DNA from: Antedon mediterranea
Taxonomy: Eukaryota > Animalia > Echinodermata
DNA: 64,000 bases
NCBI RefSeq assembly: GCF_964355755.1
Contig: NC_092680.1
Span: 18,857,045 to 18,921,044, forward strand
Reading direction: 5' to 3'
The translations under genes and the position numbers were made by a program. The notes under the pieces are model-generated. The model worked only from the letters and a program-made list of their open reading frames with translations. It had not been told where the DNA came from and ran no database searches. How positions within the stretch are numbered: position 1 is the stretch's first letter; every line of letters starts with the position of its first letter. Below, piece by piece: positions 49,824 to 63,460 of the stretch.

Positions 49824-52800
49824 TTTCAATTCAATTCATCGACATTTTTATTCCATAATCAAAATAAAAACATATACAAATACAATACAAATAATAAGAT
49901 AATGGAATGGGATACAAAATAAGCACAAGTGCTTTAAGCATGTAACCCTAACAAAAAGATCAAACAATTAGTACAAACAAAAAGAACAAACCAAAATAAC
50001 ATAATGTGATTTACTTAACTTAAATATTTCTATTGTTATAATATTGCTTTAATCTCTGTTTAAACAAACTTAAAGTGGGGGATTGTTTTATATAGTCTGT
50101 TAAATTGTTCCAAATATGTGTTCCTTGGTAGGAAATACATTGCTGTCCGACTTTGGTGCGTTTTAGTTGTGGACAGTAGTTTGACCTGTTTCTAGTTGAG
50201 TAATTATGGAATGAGGCAGATGTACTAAATAAGTTATTAAATGATTCAGGTAATAGATTATGTTTATATTGATACATAAATATAGCAGTGTGTTTCGTAT
50301 AAAGGTCAAAAATATTTAATGTTTGGGTTGAAATAAAAAGTGGATGAGAAGGATGCATAAAATGAACATGACAAATATTTCTAAGTGCTTTTTTCTGGAG
50401 AATATGTATACGGTTTAAGTTTGTAGCAGAAGTAGCACCCCATACTGTGATAGCATACGTTATTCTAGGTAATATAAGTGCATTGTATACCGTTAACAAG
50501 ATTTTACTTGATAACATAGACTTCACTTTGTTTAAGACACCAATTATTCTAGAAATACTGTTTGCTACCTCATTTACATGATAATTAAACGATAAAGTTT
50601 CATCCAGAAATAAGCCTAGAAATTTAACTTCAGTAGCTTTTACTATACATTCATTTCCCATCCTCAATTCTAGTGAGGTAGTGTCAGCTGACTTATTTCT
50701 AGCCTTAAATATAACATATTTTGATTTGTTTACATTTAGCGTTAATTTGTTAGCAATAAACCAGTCCGAAAGTATAGATAACTCCTGGTTCATTGTATCA
50801 AAAGCTTGAGTAATATCATTGTGACTATAAAACACATTTGTGTCATCTGCATACATAATCATGTCTACATGGTTACATGCTAGACTAATATCATTAATGA
50901 ATATAAGAAATAATAATGGACCCAATATGGATCCCTGAGGAACTCCAGTGTTTACTGTCATTTTACTAGATGCAGTATTAACAATAAATGTGTATTGTAG
51001 TCTTTTTTTAAGATAGTTTGAGAACCAGTTTAGCGGAACTCCTCTTATACCATAAAATCTTAACTTATCTAATAATATATCATGATCGATTGTATCAAAC
51101 GCTTTTGATAAATCAAGGAAAACTCCTAGTGTGAACTCTTTATTCTCAATAGCGTTTGTGATTTTTTCAATCGATTGTATTAAAGCATGACTAGTTGAAT
51201 GGTGTTGTCTAAATCCATACTGTGTTTTACTCAGTACGTTATATTTTGAGAGGTAACAAATCGTTTGATCATACACAATCCTCTCAAATATTTTGGAAAA
51301 AAAGGGTAAAATGGAAATAGGCCGATAATTATTTATATCGGAGATGTCACCATTCTTAAATACCGGGATAACTTTAGCAATTTTTATATCAGCCGGGACA
51401 CAGCCCGATGATAATGACGTATTAATAATATGCAATAAAGGTTTTAAAATAAACGGGGAAGCAGATTTTATGAGTTGGGCACTTATACCATCATGGCCAG
51501 GAGAAGTATTCTTTGTGTTTTTAATATAGTGGTTAAGTTCATGTTCAGTAACAGGCTTAAAAAACATTGAAGAGGTAAAATTTCCCTTTAAGAAAGTTCT
51601 GTGGGTGATTTCTTCATTTTGAGATTCATGCCTAAATTTATTATTTAGTTTTTCTCCAATATTAATAAAAAAAGAGTTGAATGCATCAGCTTTCTCATCA
51701 TTATCAGAGAAAGTCTCAGTACCCAATTTTATTTTTGTAGGCAAATTGGTAGTCTTTTTCCTACACATTATATCATTTAGGATTGTCCACGTTTTTTTAA
51801 TATCTTGTTTATTTCGTTCAAACTGGACCATATAATATTCTTTTTTCCGATTTCTAATAGTAGTGGTTAACTTGTTTCTAAAATGTATGTACGTACTTTT
51901 ATTAGTAGTGGTGTTATTTTGTTTGTACTTTTTATATAATTTATGTTTTTGAGAGATAGCTCTGGCAATTTCAGCTGTGATCCAAGGAGATTTTAACTTG
52001 TTCGCCTTATTTCTAATTCGTTTTAAAGGGAAACAATTATCAATTGTTTTATTTAAAGTGTTTGTAAAATTTTGATAAGCAACATTCGCATTATTTGAGA
52101 ATAGCACATCATTCCACTGATTACTTTGTAATTCTTGCAAAAAATACTCCGTTTGTTGAGGAGAGTATTGTCGTTTATATACAAATCGAGGATATTGCTT
52201 ATTATGTTTTTCCAAAGTATCTACACAGAATATTGGGAAGTGATCAGAAATATCAGTAATAAGTATTCCACTTTTAAGGGACGTAGTAAAACAATCGATG
52301 TTGCAATAAATGTTATCAATTATTGAAGCACAATTATCGGATATTCTAGTAGGACTTTTTATGATTGGCTGAAATGACTGAGAAAATATTGTGTCTAAGT
52401 GTGATTGGATAGTGTTGTCGGTAGATTGTTGGAGTAAGTTTATGTTATAGTCTCCCACAAGGTAAGCTTTCTTTTTTTCTAGATTAATCATTTGCATTAC
52501 ACATGTTAATTCATCATCAAACTTTTGCAAGGAACGTGAGGGTGGTCTATAAACTATACCACAAATAACATTATTTCCTGATTCTAACTCAATCTCAATA
52601 AAAATAGTCTCTGCTTCAGTCATACAAGATGACAGATCATTTCTAATAATATATGTTAGTTTGTTGGTAACATAGAACGCTACCCCACCACCTCTCTTAT
52701 CTTTCCTATCATTGTGAATCAAACTGTAGCCTGGTAACTGGTATAGATTAATATTATCTTTTTCGGTTAACCAGGTTTCACTGAAGGCAATGACGGAGAA

Positions 52801-52900
52801 GGCATGTACGAGTGAGTCTAAATAGTTTGAGATTAAGTCAAACTTATTAACAACACTACGACAGTTTAGTCCAAATATAGAAAAGTTTGATGATAAATAA
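49824..52900 (-). mobile_element. 5'-truncated CR1/L2-group LINE
   Basis: ORF2 plus ~180-nt 3' UTR ending in a (TTGAA)n tail at ~49825-49838; no ORF1 upstream and no clear TSD. Confidence 0.9.
50020..52895 (-). CDS. Non-LTR retrotransposon ORF2 (APE endonuclease + reverse transcriptase), CR1/L2-group
   Basis: Stop-free frame extends upstream of the listed ORF: FSIFGLNCRS, SETWL, GGGVAFYV, GDYN, IDN, SDHFP, then RT motifs YRPISIL, QYGFR, FLDLSKAFD, GVPQGSILGP, YADD, FLG. Confidence 0.95.
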
Positions 52901-55900
52901 ATTTTGTTTACTTTGGTTGGACAAATACTAAACCTTAGTGCCTGGTTGGTGTGTGAATAAAAGGATCTTAAACACTCACTGACTCACTTTTCTACTGAAT
53001 AAATTTTATAATGTTTCCTATTGGTAAGACGTTACGGGTATTGCCATCATTTGTCAACATCCCCCACCAGGGCCATGCCTTCACTTTTTAGAAGCCTCTC
53101 ATAAGATGTTTGAACAATTTTTATACTTACCTCCTTCCTCCATAATTAATTAATATATTTATTTATCTGTCTACTTATTTCTGTCTTTTACATAATAACA
53201 CATTCATTGTCAGAGTAGGATTCTAAAAATGGATCAGATATACAACATAAATAATACAGCAATAATATAAACAAGGTAAAACAACATTCTAATTTACGAT
53301 CAATATTAATTCTGTAAATAAAAAATATTATAAAAAAAAAACAAAAAAAAACAATATTCATGTAATAGTCATTTAAATATTTAAATAATAATATATATTT
53401 ATTTATCTGGAGGACCAAACTTAAAGCCTTGGCCCTGGCATTCTCACAATTATATTTATTAGTTTATGTTCTGTTATATTGTATTGTGTGAAACAATACA
53501 AATTTAAAACTTAAGTACAATATACCAATACAACAAGCTTTGTTATTGGTACATTAAGTAATGAGAATTGAGAGAACTGCACAACCTTAGGTTATTAAGG
53601 GCGTGACTATGATACATCATACTTAACGGCTCAAGTTGGCTTATCATTTTAATGTGTTGAAGACCATTTTTTTTTCCAATGTGAAGGTTTTCTATACCCG
53701 TCATCACATTATTTCGTATATCACTTTTAAGAAAAGCAATTAATTGGACATAGATTTTATATTATAAGTGTATAAGTTTGTAAATAATGAAAACGAAATG
53801 GAAAATGGAGAAAAAAATCATAGCAACAAATATTTTAGGTTTATCTTTTGAGGAAGTTACCATCTAAAATGTTTTTCAATCTGTTTTTGGTGACTCATAC
53901 TAAATGTTAAAAGAAAATAAATATTAATATTTTCTTATTTTATTAGGATGAATGACCTCGTCCGTTTTAGTATCAAAGTATCATTCAGACAATGCCTTTT
54001 CTATCAACAATTTATCATCTTCGTTATAAATAAATCCAAGCATTTAATATAATCTTATTTTCATTACATCTGCATAGTCTGGGTATAAGCTATTAGGGTG
54101 TGATACTTCATTCCAATACTTTGACTGTTTATTGAACTCCATGCTCTTACTTAACTGTTTAAATCGGTTATACAGTAAGATTTTCTCTTTTCATTTGCAA
54201 CATTAGGATCGGTTTCTATTTTCCATTTTTATAGGAAACAATTGATTTCACACTTTCTTCTGTTACAACTGTAATCCAATAGAAACAGAAATAACATAAG
54301 AGATTATCTTCCAGTGTTTGTATATTTTAAAGGTTTAAATTTCCCCCGGTTCATTTCTTTTATTGTGTATTTTTTATTCTATAAGTCGCAAGTGTAAATA
54401 AAGATTAACAAATTCAAAGACTTTTGAATGGCACACGTCTCTTGTTTCCCTACTCTTTTGTATGGGAACAATCCTTTTGCAGATAAACCCCTTTTTAATA
54501 AAAAACAATAACACTATATTTCTTTATTCTTTTAAGTATTGCTAAACCTTAGTCAATAAACTTTTGGGTTAAAATAACAGATGCCCTGGCCTATAGGAGT
54601 GTTGAGCTTTACCCCTCAGTCACGGATCACGTTCTGTAGGCTAAGATTTTCCGGTTTGAACTTGTCAATTTAGCCATAAGGTGAAAAACATTGCCTGCTG
54701 ATTAACACTTCTTTTGTGAAATTTTTTCCATGACTGAATTTATTTCCATTTTATTTGTTAAACATTTGTGAAACAATTAATTGTTTTTAAGCATGTAATC
54801 ACCTTTCTAGATGAGCGGTTTATTAGACGTGCAGGGTGAAATTAGGTATAGTTTCAGTTGAACTCACTTTTTATTCAACATTTGTCGTAAAAATATATAA
54901 AACCAGCTGGTAGAACAACACACACTGTGTTATAATTTCCAACATATTGTCATGTTTAGCTACCGAATTATGTTCTTTCCCCTGCAAAGTTTTAACTGGG
55001 CCAGATTAGATATTTAGCCAAACAATAATGACTTTTGATTAGGCAATGTTAGAAGGACACAATCAGCAGTAAACACATTTACTTTGCAATCGGCAGTTGA
55101 AATGAACATGAAAGAGCCTTCTTCAGTTGAAGTGGTAGAATTTTTAAAAAGGAACCGAAACCTTGGCGGGGATTAAGAGTAATATACAGAAACAGAAACT
55201 AAATAAATCATAGGTTTTCTTATTGAGCTTCTTTTGAACAATAGTTATTTTTCTTGAGGTTAATGAGTGTTTACTTAGTGATAAATAACACCGACTAATA
55301 TGTAATTAACTATCTTATTAATGCTAATCATGCTTAATAAATAAACTTAGGTACTTCAGAGAAAGACTTAAATACATCAATGAGCCCGGCTCTTTCAATA
55401 TGTAACAAACGTACCCAGCAGACATCAATATTCAATGGTACTAATTAGAGGATTTATCATTTAGGGAGTTTATGACTTGTTGGTCATGTACCATGCTTCT
55501 TATTGCAGGGGCCTAAACATTGTAAAATGAAGTGCTGAACTTAACCTAAAGTCCTATCTTTTGCTTTGCAATTTTCAAACTTAAGGGGGGGGGGGGGGTT
55601 AAGAGGAAGGGAGTGTGGTGCCTTTTCTTAGATTATGTAAAGTAATGCTAATTAATAGAAGAATGTTTAAAAAAAATAAAACAGCTAAAATAGAAAAATT
55701 ATAAAGTAATATGTTTTGAGATTTGCCTAAAATGTGTACAAAATATTGATTTATGATATATTTTTATTTAATTAACATCACTTTCCTAAACGTTCATTTC
55801 CCTTAAACTCACTCATTAATTTTGATGATTTAAGTCGTTTAAAACAGGTGGCATAATGCAAATCTGCTTTGACTCCTCGTTAACAAATTTGTTCTCCTTA

Positions 55901-58900
55901 GCACGCGTCACATCGACCGTTGTTGAGATACCCTAAGAAAGTAAACAAACGCTTGACATAAAGTAGAGAGTTACGATCATAAGCACGTTCATAAATAGAT
56001 AACGATGGTTGAAACCTTACTCACACGGCAGTCCTTTGCTAACACGTGCGTATCAGTAACATAAGAATTCCATTATATTGTTTACTTTATACAGCGGCTT
56101 GACTGGTATGAACAAATTCTAATAGGCCTGTTTTAGTGTATTTATGTTTGAAGAATCAAATAACACCCCCTGAGTTAATAAAAATAACGAGTATACCGAT
56201 CACAGTTGCATATGAATAATATGAGTAGATTAATTTAACTTAAGAATGATTAAATGAACTTAATTGACCAAACACCTGTATAGACGCACTTCATGATCGG
56301 AACAAAAATGAGTAAAAGAATTTAAGAATTTCCTTATCAACACAAATGTAAACATTTTACAGTTCTCTAAACTGTATATAACAATATTGTTATAACATTG
56401 AATTATTAAAAATGAAATTTTTAAATAAACAAAATTTATGATAACTGCATTCCAACATCATAGTATCATAAATACTAAATTATAGATTAAAACCAAACAT
56501 TTTCGATAAAGTTTGTAAAAAGCGGCAGATAAGTAAAAAATAATAAAATAGATATATTATTAATGGTTTATTATTAATTATTATTATTATTATTATTATT
56601 AATCGTTTATTATTTGGAAAAAAATATTGTACTTTTAATGAAACAAATAAATAATAATTGTTATGGTTGCATGGCGTTAACATTCTTTGTGATAGTCGGC
56701 ACAGAAATGAAAAATAATACAATGTGAAAAATAATACATAACAAATATTGTTTATGGTTATGTTATGTAAAATGTCACATGAAATTAGAATGTAAAAGGT
56801 TTATTACTTTGGATAACAAACATATAAAAAACTTTAAAATAAATATTAAACAAAATGTAAAATAACAACAAAATCAGTTCAATTTTCATTTAAAAAACTG
56901 TAAATATTAAACAGATTAAACCATAACACAAATATTTGTTCTAACAACTATGAAAATAAAACAAATGTTTAAAGAAACTAAAACTATTTATTCAATTTGC
57001 ATTAAAAAACTATAAAACACTTTATAAACAATACATATCAAACATATTATAACTAAACTATTTGTTCAATTTGTCATTTAAAGTATTTGTATGAATGGAA
57101 TTTGTAATTACCAGCATGGGTCTGTAAAAATAAATTAAATAGTATGATGTTTTTTATGTGACAGGACACAGTACATGATTTTGCATCAAGTGTTCCTTCT
57201 AAAATGTGGAACTTGATCCAAAAGTGGCCACCACAGGGGTTCTACAAATAGAAAACCACAGATCATCAACCCGTAAATTAATTCATAGAAATGCCGGTAA
57301 CGCAGCTTAATTTAACTCGTGAGAAGTATACCAAAGGACTGTCGTACATGCTAGGACAAAGCTGCACCTAATATTATCATTATGTGTAAAACATAATTCT
57401 GATTAAAATCAATTATCTTGTAAATGGAACAAAAAAACACCTAAGGCTGTAGTTTGTGTAGTAAGCCAATGGCAATTTTAATTCGTAGAACCTCATAGTA
57501 AATGATGACTAAAGATGTCTGTATTAGCAAGATGTGGGTGATGAATTCTTCTCCCTGTCACCCTTCCTCCAAAACAACAAATTTAATTTATCAATTCCAT
57601 GGAAACGATTGCAATTTATCTTAATAAATGATATGATTATTTCCATTAAGTTATACAAAATTGATTTATACTCCAAAAACAATAAAATAATATCTCAAGA
57701 GTCGGGCATCTTCACTTCAAAATAACAGCAGCAGAATCAGAGCAGGATCTTTATTATAAAGCTCTGTTTACACTATCAAACTTTATGTGACAAAAAAAAA
57801 GTGATGTGCCCATATATGAACATGATGACAATATTGCTACCTTATTTAAGTATATCACTACCATATTTGTGCACTTTTTTTTGTCAAACTAGTGTAGACA
57901 GAGCTTAAGAAATGTTTTTAATCAAATCAATGTTCAGTTAATTTTTTACCAGGAGTTATCAGTATTAAAACAATGAAACACCATTTTTTGTTTATTAATT
58001 AATAATTTAATTGTTCAGTAGTTGTTTTTTTTTCCTGTGAAGTTTCCTTATTATATAATAAACCTTTCTTGTTATTACACAAACCTATTAATATTGTTAT
58101 ATAATTTATTGAGTTTCCGTCCTGAGCAAATAGGTTGCTCTCAATTATCTCATTATTGTTCTCTCCAGGATCCTCTCCATTGGCCTGTTCTTGCAATAAA
58201 TGTGGCAGGCAATCAGACATTATGTATAGGTGGCCCATAGTGGAACCTTGATTTAAACACTGTGCTCTGGCAATTCTTAAGCTCTGTTTACACTATCAAA
58301 CTTAATGTAACAAAAAAAGTGGTGCACCCATATATGGACACGATGAGATAGAGTTTTAGATATGATCCTGATATAAACTCTATCCAATGTATTTTCTAAT
58401 AATTCCATTATTAGTGCCAAGCCTACAGTCCTTACAAAATTTTTAAGTTTTGTTGGTAGAGACTCTAATTTAAGTGGGCAATTTGAATAAGGTGCTTTAA
58501 TATGGATAACTGTTTATGATAGTTACTTTTTGATTGACAACTGAAGGAGGATAAGATATGGGTAAAGTGAGTGAACTACTTAATGTAATTGCAATCTGAT
58601 AAATATTACTCTATTAATGGATATGTAACATGAGAATGCTAATACGGAAAGTGATTTACATAATGTACAGGTGAATGAAATAACATCTACTCTTTGAACA
58701 TGTTATCCTATAATCCGTAAGCTTTAAAATAAATTGTAACCTTATCCATAGCAAGGTGGATCAAGCTATTACATAAATGTATATGCCTAATGGCCAATCA
58801 CTCAAGCCCAGTATAAAATAAACCACAATAAAATATTATCTACTGAATAATATTTTTAACATGCAAACATTAAATATGATTATGTAAAAAAAAAAATCAT

Positions 58901-60233
58901 CATAGCTTCACTGTAGGGTCATACATTTTGGGTCTTACCCCCACTTGTATACAAACCAAACAGGGGTGCAGCAGCCACTTCGAGACATAAGGCACTTGTG
59001 GTACCTGTTTTACTGAAAAATACTATGGACTTGAACTACCAAGACGACAGGAAAAATTTATACTAGGAACTGTTCATGACAGGGTTTGCAATAACATAGG
59101 TGGCCAGTTTTCATCGATTCAAAGGTAGGATCTCTTTAGTGATGGACTTAGCATCCAGTATAGCTTATAGCTAAATTTGTGCGATAAATCGTAACATTTT
59201 GACCCTGGACGGGCCAGGGACTTAAACTACTAATTTCACCCCTTTATTTCCCACGCTTGTCCTACCAAATCCTCGGAAATATATCCCATAAATGCTGCAC
59301 CTCCTCATATATGAGTAGAGGGATAAGCCCATCTCATTGAACACTGAAAAACAAGGTAAAATGTTACGGGGTGGGTTTACATGACAGAATATAAATGTAG
59401 AGGTACACATATATAGGGATGCTATTATGTAGTATTTGTTATCAGTAAAAATCAATTTAGTTAATGATACACCTGATTTTCCATATCCAGCACACCATCC
59501 TAACCCCCAAGGGGAAATAGTGCTTCTATCTGCATATCACAAATTATATTTTAATATGATCACCTCACTTCCGAAACCGACATCAGTACAGAGCATTTCA
59601 ACACATCAGGGAATATGGCCCAACAAAGAAAATGTGTGTAAGAATGCAGGAGTATTCATTAGTTATTCTGTGTAAGAGACACCGACAGATACACCGAAAC
59701 GTGACCCAAACATGAATTGATTGATAACGACCTACATTACCGTTGTCTAAAGTATGCTCACTTACGGCTAATCCGTCGGTAATAACTGGACTGGACAAAC
59801 TAGAAATGTTGTTATGTTTAGTTAAAAAAAAAAAGTAACAATGAGAATGCTACGATAACATAAAAAATAATTTTGAATAATTACAAAACCTTTCAAACTC
59901 TTATCTCCTAATTAAAACTTTTTTTAAACATTTAATATAAAAAACTAAAAGGTGTCATTTTATTTTCTATGGACTTAAATAAGATGTGTTAATTTATTAT
60001 TCATATGTGTGTTTATACAACAGTCACCTATGTTGTTTTTTACTGGTGTAAATTGTGGATAATCATAATTTTTTTTTTTTATTAATTTTTTTTCCAATTT
60101 TTTTGTTGTTTTTTGATATATCGTTTCAAATTAATTAATTAAATTTCAGTATATCACCGGGCGGTTTCGAATTAATGTTCATTGCCTAATGTGTTTATAT
60201 ATATATATTATTATATTGGATATATATATATAT

Positions 60234-60394
60234 ATAAATCCAAAGGCAAATTACTGAAAAAATGACAATGCTGTGGGTATCAGTGGCTGGATCTCAATGG
60301 AGATACAAAATAAAAGCGAAAAGCTAAATCAAAACGAGAAGTAAAACTGGCAGAAAAGTTAGCAGAGCTTTCGGGCAACACTAGCCCTTCATCA
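60234..60394 (-). mobile_element. Penelope-like pLTR fragment with minimal hammerhead core, in a (TA)n microsatellite
   Basis: Minus strand TGATGA-A-GGGC-tagtgtt-GCCC-GAAA-GCTC; flanked by (TA)n on both sides. Confidence 0.7.
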
Positions 60395-61127
60395 TATATA
60401 TATATATATATATATATATTGAAATGCTATATTTTATCTTTATGTGCTACTTGGTAACAGGCTCTTGTCAAAGGGATTTATTCCCTTTTGTATTTCCCCA
60501 TGGAGAAATAAGTTAGTTTCCCACTTACTTTGTAGTTGTTTGTTTGTTTGTTGTTGTTAATTGGCAATAAAGAATAAGAATTGACATTGTCACATTGCGA
60601 TTGATATCAAATTCAGAATTTTTTTTACAAAAAAGGTAATAAATAAACAAAAATGTGTGAACCACCTGTTAAAGGAAGCAATGATACCCACATCCTGATA
60701 TAATTCCGTAAATTTACAAACAGACGAAAGTTTCTTTGTTAACGAGAGCAGGATTAATTATTAGTGGACATCCAGGAAATATTAATAAAATAACCAGATT
60801 CATCATAATGAAAGACTTATTGTTTTTTCTCTTTTATAAAATGATATGATAAGACTAAGAGACATTTTTTTCTGGCATGTTTGTCATATAAAATATTTTA
60901 CTTTTCAGGAAATATCAATAAAATAACCAGATTCATCATAATGAAAGACTTATTATTTTTTTCTCTTTTAAAAAAATGATATGATAAGAGACATTTTTTT
61001 TCTGCCATGTTTGTCATAAAAATATGTTACTATTCATTATGATGAATCTTGTTATAAAATAGTACAAAACTGACTCCAATACGAGAGGCAAGCCTTGATT
61101 CAACGTTTCAATCTTTATTTGATCATC

Positions 61128-61205
61128 ATTTATTTATTTATTCAAGCATGTTTCAAGAGGGTGACCCAGCCAGCGGAAGCTGATTTTAAGGGGCCCTCAA
61201 CAATA
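61128..61205 (-). mobile_element. LINE/SINE 3'-end fragment family
   Basis: GAGGGTGA(C/T)CC...CCAGC...GGG(C/A)CCCTCA motif next to a TTTA tail; related pieces at ~16-105 (+) and ~18250-18300 (-). Confidence 0.5.
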
Positions 61206-61446
61206 CGACATAAAACATAACAAGTAAAAATATAAAACATCATCATCATCAGGAATAAACAATAATTCTAAAGGCAGACAATTATAACTAAAGTCTATTG
61301 TCTTAAGTATGGGTAAATGAGATATAAATAAGCCATACAGGGTGTTACAAAGAAAATCAAAATAAAAGACTGCAGCCACACAAGTAAAAATCAGACAACA
61401 ATTTTAGCTCTTTGATTTTATTGAAGTTTATATAAATAAATACCAG

Positions 61447-61716
61447 CTCTGCTAACTTTTCTGGCTGTTTACTTTATATCGTTTTGATTTAGCTTTTCGG
61501 TTTTTTTTTTGTATCTCCATTGAGATCCAGCCACTGATACCCACAGCATTGTCATTTTCAGTGCTTATTTTATTTTGTATCTCCATTGAGATCCAGCCAC
61601 TGATACCCACATCATTGTTATTTTTTCAGTGCTTAGTTTATTTTGTATCTCCATTGAGATCCAGCCACTGATACCCACAGCATTGTCATTTTTTTTCAGT
61701 AATTTGCCTTTGGATT
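61447..61716 (+). mobile_element. Second copy of the same Penelope-like pLTR, with internal ~65-bp triplication
   Basis: Reverse complement of 60234-60368; flanked by 16-bp direct repeat TATAAATAAATACCAG (61431, 61717). Confidence 0.7.
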
Positions 61717-63460
61717 TATAAATAAATACCAGTATATAAATAAATAAATAAATAAATACCAGTATATAAATTCAAATATAGAAAATACATGTGAATATAT
61801 TAAATAGCAAGCTCATTTAAAGGTTTTTAAAATTTTATTACAATTTTAGGCTACAAGAAATAAAACTTGTTTATTATTGTGTTATTGCCAGTTTCTTGGC
61901 AGCAGAGACAGGGCATACATTCAACTAGTTAAATTGTAACCTGAAAAAGTGGTTAAAACACTTGAATGATTGTAGGTTAGAATACCAACACAAAATAACG
62001 GTTATTTGATTGACCGCCGTTGTCCTTGAGCCAACTATTGAAGCATCTTGAACGTTTGAACGCCAAGCATATTGCATTTTGGGTAATGTGAATACTTTTT
62101 GCCGACAACCACTGACTGATTAAAACAGTTATTTTTGGGAGCATAAATTAAGTTGAAATGCAGTAAATATAAATTCAATTGTTTAAATAAATTGTTTGTT
62201 CAGCACTATGCAGCAGCAACCAACCCTACAGTAAGTAACAAAAATCTAACCGAAGGTTACCATCTAGTAATGGAATTTACATTTTAATAGATACGGTACT
62301 AGCATATATGCATTTTCCCATCTGTTGATACATATTCTATAAAGCGATGCATCTTGAAATATATTATTTCTAGGTTAATGTATTCAGAGACAAAGACTTG
62401 ATAAGTTAATAACCTCCAAATTTGTACTTTTGATTGTAGCATTGTAAGGACACCTACTGCATGATTATAACAAATTACCTAACATTATCGCCATCAAAAC
62501 TCAATGAAGGGTGTACAATGCGCATCTCTTAATGATTTTCCTGTTAGTTTGATCACTTTTAGATAGGCGCGGTGAAAGATGGTGTAGGCGTACCAATATC
62601 AAGCACGTACTAGTGAGAATAATGCTCTAATCAAATGGATTTCATAACTCAATTAGGAGATAATCAGGCAGATTTTTCTCCATGGAGAGACCTACTAAGA
62701 AACACACACTTTTTCTTGGCTTGGTGTTTTAATCGGAGGCCTTGTAATTTTGGCCTAAATAATAGATCAAGTGGAAAGTTTAACAAGGCATAAATGTTCT
62801 TGTAATTACATTAATCTAATCAATTTGCTTAAATAAAGTGTTGAAAGATAAAGATAGTAAAATATATTTATGGTATGTATTTATGGGATTTGCTGACAAC
62901 CAAATTTCTTTGTTTTTTTTACGAAGATAAATAAAGTTTCTTGTATCTTATTGTTAAAGTTAAATACAGTATACAGTACTTTTATACAGTTTTTGTCAAG
63001 TGCTTAATTGTATCATTTGATTGCATACACTTTTGTGAACTTACTGAAAAAATTGAAATATTGTATTACTATTTATTTATATAAAGATCAAAGTTAGGGC
63101 ATAGCCACATTTAATAAATTTGTCTACAGTAGCAAATGTGCCTTGATTCTCATAATTTACTTCAGTCCTACCAGCTGATGATGGTTCAAAATGTAATAAA
63201 TAATATGTTACTCTAAAATTATTTTTTTTCCTTCTATTTTGCACATTTTTCCTTAATATAATTATCAAGAATAGTACATGGTTGGTCTTCTAATATATGT
63301 ATGCTAAATACACTACAAATGTTTCATTTTTTACTCTATAACTACAGTATGTTAATTATTATAGGCCAACAAATGAATAAAATTTCAAACTCCCAAGTAA
63401 ACAATTACTAATAAATCAATTTGTTCACACATGGTGGAACTAAAGTACACTACAGTATAT

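Noticed and set aside
53950-54360. Possible highly decayed L1/Tx1 endonuclease fragment on the minus strand
   Set aside because: Too many stops and indels to support by eye; needs a translated HMM search
58345-58384. GATAGAGTTT...AAACTCTATC palindrome resembling the P-like footprints
   Set aside because: No CATRG termini and no flanking 7-bp duplication visible
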